Shown here: positions 48,562 to 64,000 of the stretch, in pieces
Layout of the letters: each line of letters begins with the position of its first letter
How positions within the stretch are numbered: position 1 is the first letter of the stretch
NCBI GenBank assembly: GCA_039621445.1
Contig: CP154954.1
Span: 43,937,847 to 44,001,846 of the forward strand
Direction of reading: 5' to 3'
DNA from: Euglena gracilis
Taxonomy: Eukaryota
Length of the DNA: 64,000 nucleotides
Translations under genes and position numbers: made by a program
Notes under the pieces: model-generated
Databases searched by the model: none
What the model saw: only the letters and a program-made list of their open reading frames with translations
What the model was told of the DNA's origin: nothing

Positions 48562-49653
48562 CAGGGGGGGGAGAAACTGCACACGGGCCGGTAAAAAACT
48601 GGACTGCAAAAAAACTGCAAAAAAAAACTGCAAAAAAAACTGCACTTCAACAAAAAAGAACAATAAACAAGCTGAAATGGTGTGCATATGCAAAACAACG
48701 TAAATTGCGACCACAGGAGCACGCCCCAATTCACCTAACTTTTTTGCACAGCTTTGGAGCCGATGACGACAAAAATGGAAGCACTCAATCAAGGTGCACT
48801 ATGCATGGCTTTTCATGCACTGAAATGCAAGTCATGTGTTTGGATGCCGGGTCACACCGGTTTTCCTGCACATGCCAAGATGCCAAACGGTTTCCTTTCT
48901 AAATATGGGGAAAATGCACATTTACCCATACACATGAATTTTAAATGCTTTCATTTCTTGCATGGGGATGTTCAGTTTGGAACTTTCGGTCTTTGAAGCA
49001 TTTAGATTGTGTGACATTTGGCCACAATGCTTGGGGCAAGACCCAATCTTCTTCAGGAGCTTGTGCTCCATTGCGCAATCGCGAATTTCGAAATCCTCAA
49101 CTCCAACTTCAGCCAAAATTTGCACAAAAAAGAAACAATTTTTGGATTTAGTCTCTAGGAATCCCAACGTAAATAGTTGAATCTGCTCAGGAGTGTGCAA
49201 ATGGCGCTTGCCAAAATAAGCATCGTGACATCTGTCACCACAGGCTGGAGATGGAGCAATTTTGGTTGGGGAAAAATTGTGGTTTTGTCACCAAAACAAT
49301 CTGTTTTTTTTTTGGAATGGTGGCTACACCAATCTCTGTTGTATTCAGAGGCAAGACAGCTGGCAAGACAGTTTGGGGCAAGACAATTGGTGGGATAACT
49401 GTGGACAACACAACTCGTGAACAGATGATGCTTTTTTTTGAGAAACACCCTTCAAACATAGAATCCAGCACCAAAAAAAAAAACAGACGCCTCAGGTTTC
49501 CTCAAAACTGGAATCAAAAAAACTGCAAAAAAAACTGCACGTGTGCAGTTTTTTCAGAAAAAAGCTGCAAAAAAAAATTGCAAAAAAACCCAAAACGTGA
49601 AACTGCAAAAAAAACTGCAAAAAAAACTGCACGGTGCATGTTTCCCCCCCCTG
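48562..49653. mobile_element. CAGGG..CCCTG MITE with 7-bp TSD TAGCAAG
   Basis: TIRs, plus a single-copy empty site ggcgggtagcaagccc at 43045-43060. Confidence 0.85.
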
Positions 49654-52600
49654 TAGCAAGCCCCCCTGGGGCCCTTGCTATTCACGACCAGGGACCTTAA
49701 CGACGTCCTTAAGGACCCCCCCCCCTGGGGGGTCCAGCCTCCGGCTGAAAAACAGGCTGCTGGCTGGAAACGAGCTGCTGGCTGGACCCCCCCCCGGGGA
49801 GATGGGGGGGTCGCTGAGCTCTTATCCCTTTATGGGTAAGAGCGAAGCTCAATTCTGGGCAAAAGGGGGGGTCGGAACCCCCCCCTTCCCCCCCCCCTGG
49901 GTCGGGGCCACCTCAGGAACCGGCGGATTATCACCATGATCACGGCTCCGTTCCCGAAATTTGTCTTCAGTCACGAGCGACTGGATTTCTAGTTTCCGAA
50001 TCACCTCCGTTTGACCCCCAACTCCCCGCCAGGCCCGAGTTATCCAGCCGCGAAGGGGTCCAAACTGGGTAGGATTGGCCCGCCCTCCCCCTCTTCCGGC
50101 TCTGCCATTTCGCCGGGGTCCAAAAATCGGTCAAAAAATCGCTTTTTCAAAAATATCTGGACATTATCTCCGGAAGTGTCCCACTGACAAAATGTACCCT
50201 CGGAGGCCCTCTATCACCCCGTTCGCCATTTTGGCCGCCGACATGCATGCAAGCCAACTCCGGCCAAGCATGCATTTTTGCGGCCCAAAACGGCCATTTT
50301 GGGGAGTTTTTGGGGCCGTCTTTTGCTCAAAAAATCGGGGTTTCCAAAACATCTCGACAATGAAGCAAAATCAAAGAAAAATGAAGCCCTTCGAATGCCC
50401 TGTCCAACCATACTTTCCCCTCGACTGTTCGTGCAGCCCGAGTTACAGCCATTTTCCGGCCAATTTTGGCCCATTTCTGGGGCCATTTTGGGTCGTTTTT
50501 GGGGGCGAAAAAAACGATGTTTCCAAAATATCTCGAAAATGAAGCAAAATCAAAGAAAACGTCCGGAGACCCAAATTAAAGCCCTTACAGTGCCCCATCT
50601 AAGGGCATTTTAATTTCCCCGCAACTCCCCGCCTGGCCCGAAATATGGCCGATTTACAGCCAAAAACAGCACGGCAGGGCTTGTGACTCAGCCGTTTTCG
50701 GCACCTTTTGGGTCCAAAAATCAATTTTTCTAAGATTGCTCAAAAAATGGTGGGGAATCAAAGGAAATGTCCAGAGACCTGAATTGAAGCCCTTAAAATG
50801 CCCCATCTAACAGTGTTTTGATTTCCCGGCAACTCCCCACCCAGCCCAAGTTACGGCCATTTTTCGGCCGATTTTGGCCATTTTGTGCAGTTTTGGCCTG
50901 TTTTGCCTTAGCCCTTTTGACCATTTTCGGTAAAAAAAAAAGTCGAAAAAAAATCAAAAAAAAATTGTCTGAAACCGTGTTTTTTGGCCTCCCAGCCCGG
51001 AAAACCGGTTTTGAGCCGAAATTAAGTGTTTTTCGCCCCCCCCCCAGCACCCCCCCCCCCGTTTTTGGCCCGAAACCAATGGATTTTGGGTTAAAAATAA
51101 AAATGGGTTAAAAAAACAGGTCGAAAAAGTCGAAAAAATCAATTTTTTTTGCCTGGAACGATGTTTTTTGGCCTCCAGGACCCGGAAAACCTGGTTTTCA
51201 GCCGAAAATGAGCGACCCCCCCCCACCCGGCCCCCGTTTTTTGCCCGGAAAGCCATGGATTTTGGGTCATTTCTGGGTCAAAAAAAGGCGAAGAAAATTG
51301 AAGAAAAGGGGTGGGGAGGGGTATGGTGGGGTCTGTGCTCTAATATTGTGAGTTACCGTAAATTGCAAGTGTGAAATTTGTAAATCATAAATTACGCAAA
51401 GTTGCAATGCTAGTATTTTCGGTCTTCCATTACGTGCAAGTCCGATTAAGAGCTCAGCGCTATTCAAAATCTGGTCCGGGGCTTGAGCGGGCTGGGCTGG
51501 GCTGGGTCGATGAGAAGCAAACTGTTCTAAACCATTTTTGCCTTCTTGACATTTTGATGGACGGAGCTGGATCAAGGTTGGGGGGCTGTGATGGAGGAAG
51601 CTGTGGTGAGGGGAAAAATGCAGGGACAGGTGAGCTGGGCAGCCCAGTTGGCTGGCCAGGCTGCGGCCGGCTGGCCTGGCCTTCGACCGGGATGGACGCG
51701 ACTTTATTTCACTCGACCCCCCCTCCAAGGGGGGGGCAAGCCCCAAATTGGGCTGCTGGCTGGATTTGAGCTGCTGGCTGGATGGACCCCCCCAGGGGAT
51801 GGGGTACCCTCCAGCTTAAGAAATCCCTTGTTACTCACGACCCCGCACTGGGTGGTTGGAGTTACTGATTGCTGAAGGCGCAGAGGGTTAGGGTTAGGAC
51901 CGGCTGGCCGGATTTCTGCCCCCGCACGCAGGTTGCGCATCCGGCCTCCCTGCGCGGGTGGCCTCATAACAATGCCTGCATCGCAAATCCTAGCACCCGC
52001 CCTATTCCTGTCACTCCAAAGGCTAGGAGGACCCAGTCCCCGAACCGTTCGACGGGTTTTACTGCCAATCTGCCACCTTTGGGAATCCCGCGGCTGAGGC
52101 CAGGCCAGATGCGCATTTCACGCGGGGGCGAAAATCCAGTTGGCCGGTCCTAACCCAAACCCCTGTGCTTTCAGTAAGCAGTAACACCAACCACCCTCCG
52201 ACCCACACCCGCTTGCGAAATATACATACATACATACTTACATACACACATATGCACATACGTACATGCATGCATACTTATATACATACACACACACACA
52301 CAGACAGACAGACAGACAGACAGACATTCAAATAGACACAGACACACGGTCAGGCAGGCAGGCAGGCAGGCAGCCAGGCAGGCAGGCAGGCAGGGAGACA
52401 GACAGACAGACAAACAGAAAGACAGACAGACAGACAGAAAGACAGATATATGGCGCCTGTCCGGGGTTTGGTGAGGGCGGTCCGCAGCCTGCATGTGTGG
52501 GATTGTCATTCAGGTTGGGTTGCTTGCTACGTCCTTCGTTGCACAAAGTGCCAAACCCCTGCAGAGATATCGGTAAATGCATAGGCCCAAAGATGGACAC

Positions 52601-54226
52601 TGGCACCACGGGTGTGGATGACTCAGGTGCTCAAACTTAACTTGAGTTTGTTCATGAGGACATGTAATATGATACGAACATGGCAGCTGGGCTTCGGGTG
52701 GGGTTGCTCTATAGCAAAAGACCACAATTTATTCACGGGGCTAAAAATATTGGCCAACCGTTCGTATTTTTAAGGCTGGGCAAGACCAAAAAGCGGGGGA
52801 TCGGGATACTTCAGGAACGTGCGCATGCCAAGTTTGCCACGTTCGTCCCTTGCTCCCACTTGTGGTCCAGCACTGCACCTGGCGGAGTGGGTCACCTGGC
52901 TGTTGTAGGAGGGGAGTCGGTCGGGGGGACACAGAGCCGGAGCAGACCAAGCAGCTCACAAACCCGCCACTCGCACTGTGGCCGGCGGCCGGGTGGGGAA
53001 GGCAGGGAAAAGTGAGCCGTAAACCTATACCCGCCCCCCCCCGGGCTATCGTCGTGTGACAAATTGGGCAGCACGGAGGGGGGTGGCAATTTCCCGGGGT
53101 GACAATCTGGCCGGCACAGAGGGGGGCGTCAATTGCCCGGGGGCGTCAATTGCCCACCCATATAAGCCACATTAACACCAAATGACCAACAACACCATCT
53201 GAAACACAAGTGAATGGAGCAAAAATGCAGCTGTGATCGTGATACTTTGCAGAGCGTTTGGTATGCGAAAGCTCTCAGCACGCTGTAGCAAAACAGAATA
53301 TCAATTGAGTCGTGTCGGCGAAAAGAGAGTTCACAGTGCAATACTGCAAACGGGGGTGATAAATTGGGCAGCACGGAAGGGGGTGACAATTTCCCGGGGT
53401 GACAAATTGGCCGGCACAGCCAGGGGTGACAATTGCCTGGGGGCGTCAATTGCCCGGGGGAGGGGGGGATCAATTACCCGGGGGGGGGGGGGGGGGGGAG
53501 GTGTATGACGCCCGGCAGTCCCCCCTGTGACTAAAGGTGCGTCCCTGCCTGCACTGTGGTTTGCCAGCAAAGCTGTGCCTGTAGCGGTGCCAACTTGGGG
53601 AGACGTTCCCCCTCCATGCCCAACGACTGGTAACCTCTGTCCTCTGGTGGCGGGTGGGCGCTCATGCCTTGTGAGATACAGGGTTCTGGCCAAAAAAGGT
53701 GTCCTCCTTCCAAAGGTGGTCAGTCGCCACAGCCCCCCAGCCTTGACCAAGCTCCATTCATCAAAATGTCGAAAATGGCGAAAATGTATTAGAAAATTTT
53801 GTTTTTCATCGACCCAGCCCAGCCCAGCCCCCTCCAGCCCCTGACCCCCCTGTGCCCCCTGGGGGGGGGGGTCCAGCCAGCAGCTCATTTCCAGCCAGCA
53901 GCCTTTTTGCCAGCCGGAGGCTGGACCCCCCCCCCGGGGCCCTTAATAAAACCCCTGCCCCCAATCCTGGTGAGACAGGGGGGGTTCAGTCCAAAAAAGC
54001 ACTTCCACAGACTGGCCAGACCTCCAACAAAGTGTCCTTCAACCGGGGGTGGGGGGTCTTAGACATCGAGGGTCAATTACGTTTCAAATGCGCTTCATCG
54101 CAGGAAGTTTCACTGGCACCGCGGCGATGATGCTTTTGCGGCAGAGCGGTTTTCCTTCGGGGAAACCCGCCCCGGGACAACCCGGTCCGTGTCAGACAGC
54201 CGGCCGTGCCGCCGGGCGGGAAAGGG

Positions 54227-63462
<9,236 letters not shown>

Positions 63463-64000
63463 AGCACAGGTGCATTCATGCAAGGAACACCCCCCAAAAA
63501 CGAGGCTGGAGGAAACTGGCTTTACGCTGCCCTTACTCACCCACCAAAAACTATTGCATTATATGAAACGCACACAAGAACCAACGGCAGCACAATCTTC
63601 ATTGCGCCTTGGCAAAGTTGTCAGCTGAAAGTCTTCAGCTGACAAGCAACTGGCACAAGCCCACAACTTAGGCCTTTTGAGGACTTACCAGCAAGACAGC
63701 AATCATCAACGTTGAAGAAAATACTTTGGATTTTCTGTTTTTTGGGGGGCGATTTTTGTTACTTGGCCACCCGATGAGGCCCTTTGGGCGGTTGTTAACG
63801 AAAGGCGGGGAAAATCCTGACCTGATGCTTCCAATACAGACCCTCGCGGCAACTTCCAAAGGGCAGATTATAGCCTCGCGAGGATGACAACCACTTCCGG
63901 GGGGGGGGGGACAAACCACCCCTTCAGGAAGGCTGTCAGGGGCGGCGGGCGAGGTACATCTGGCGGGAGTCGCGGAGGTCCTGCAGGGCTCGCTCGCGGC

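Overview
Eukaryotic, intron-rich, transposon-dense DNA, almost certainly from a euglenid (Euglena-like). That call rests on introns in two genes that lack GT-AG ends and instead have the euglenid nonconventional architecture: a terminal stem in which intron +4 pairs with -6. From left to right: (i) possible + strand exons at 0.5-2 kb; (ii) a minus-strand DIRS/PAT-type tyrosine-recombinase retrotransposon (RT, RNase H, Dam-like methylase, YR; ~3.9-15.3 kb), whose YR gene is split by a decayed Gypsy-like LTR element (5098-11480; TG..CA LTRs, tRNA-Gln-like PBS, PPT, 4-bp TSD); (iii) a minus-strand multi-exon gene ending in a CEP19 domain (stop at 16132; exons to ~25 kb and probably to ~39.3 kb); (iv) two Helentron/DINE-1-like elements inside an (AAT)n tract, whose 206-bp central repeat has grown into arrays of ~28 and ~4 copies; (v) a duplicated intergenic block (42.7-53 kb) carrying nested MITEs with matching empty and filled sites; (vi) a minus-strand gene with two tandem family I inorganic pyrophosphatase domains (54227 to beyond ~63460). 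The most striking observations are covarying nonconventional intron stems, a canonical intron nested in-frame within a nonconventional one, and a CAG..CTG MITE with an 8-bp TSD whose geometry exactly equals a nonconventional intron. All exon joins were reconstructed by hand, without RNA data.
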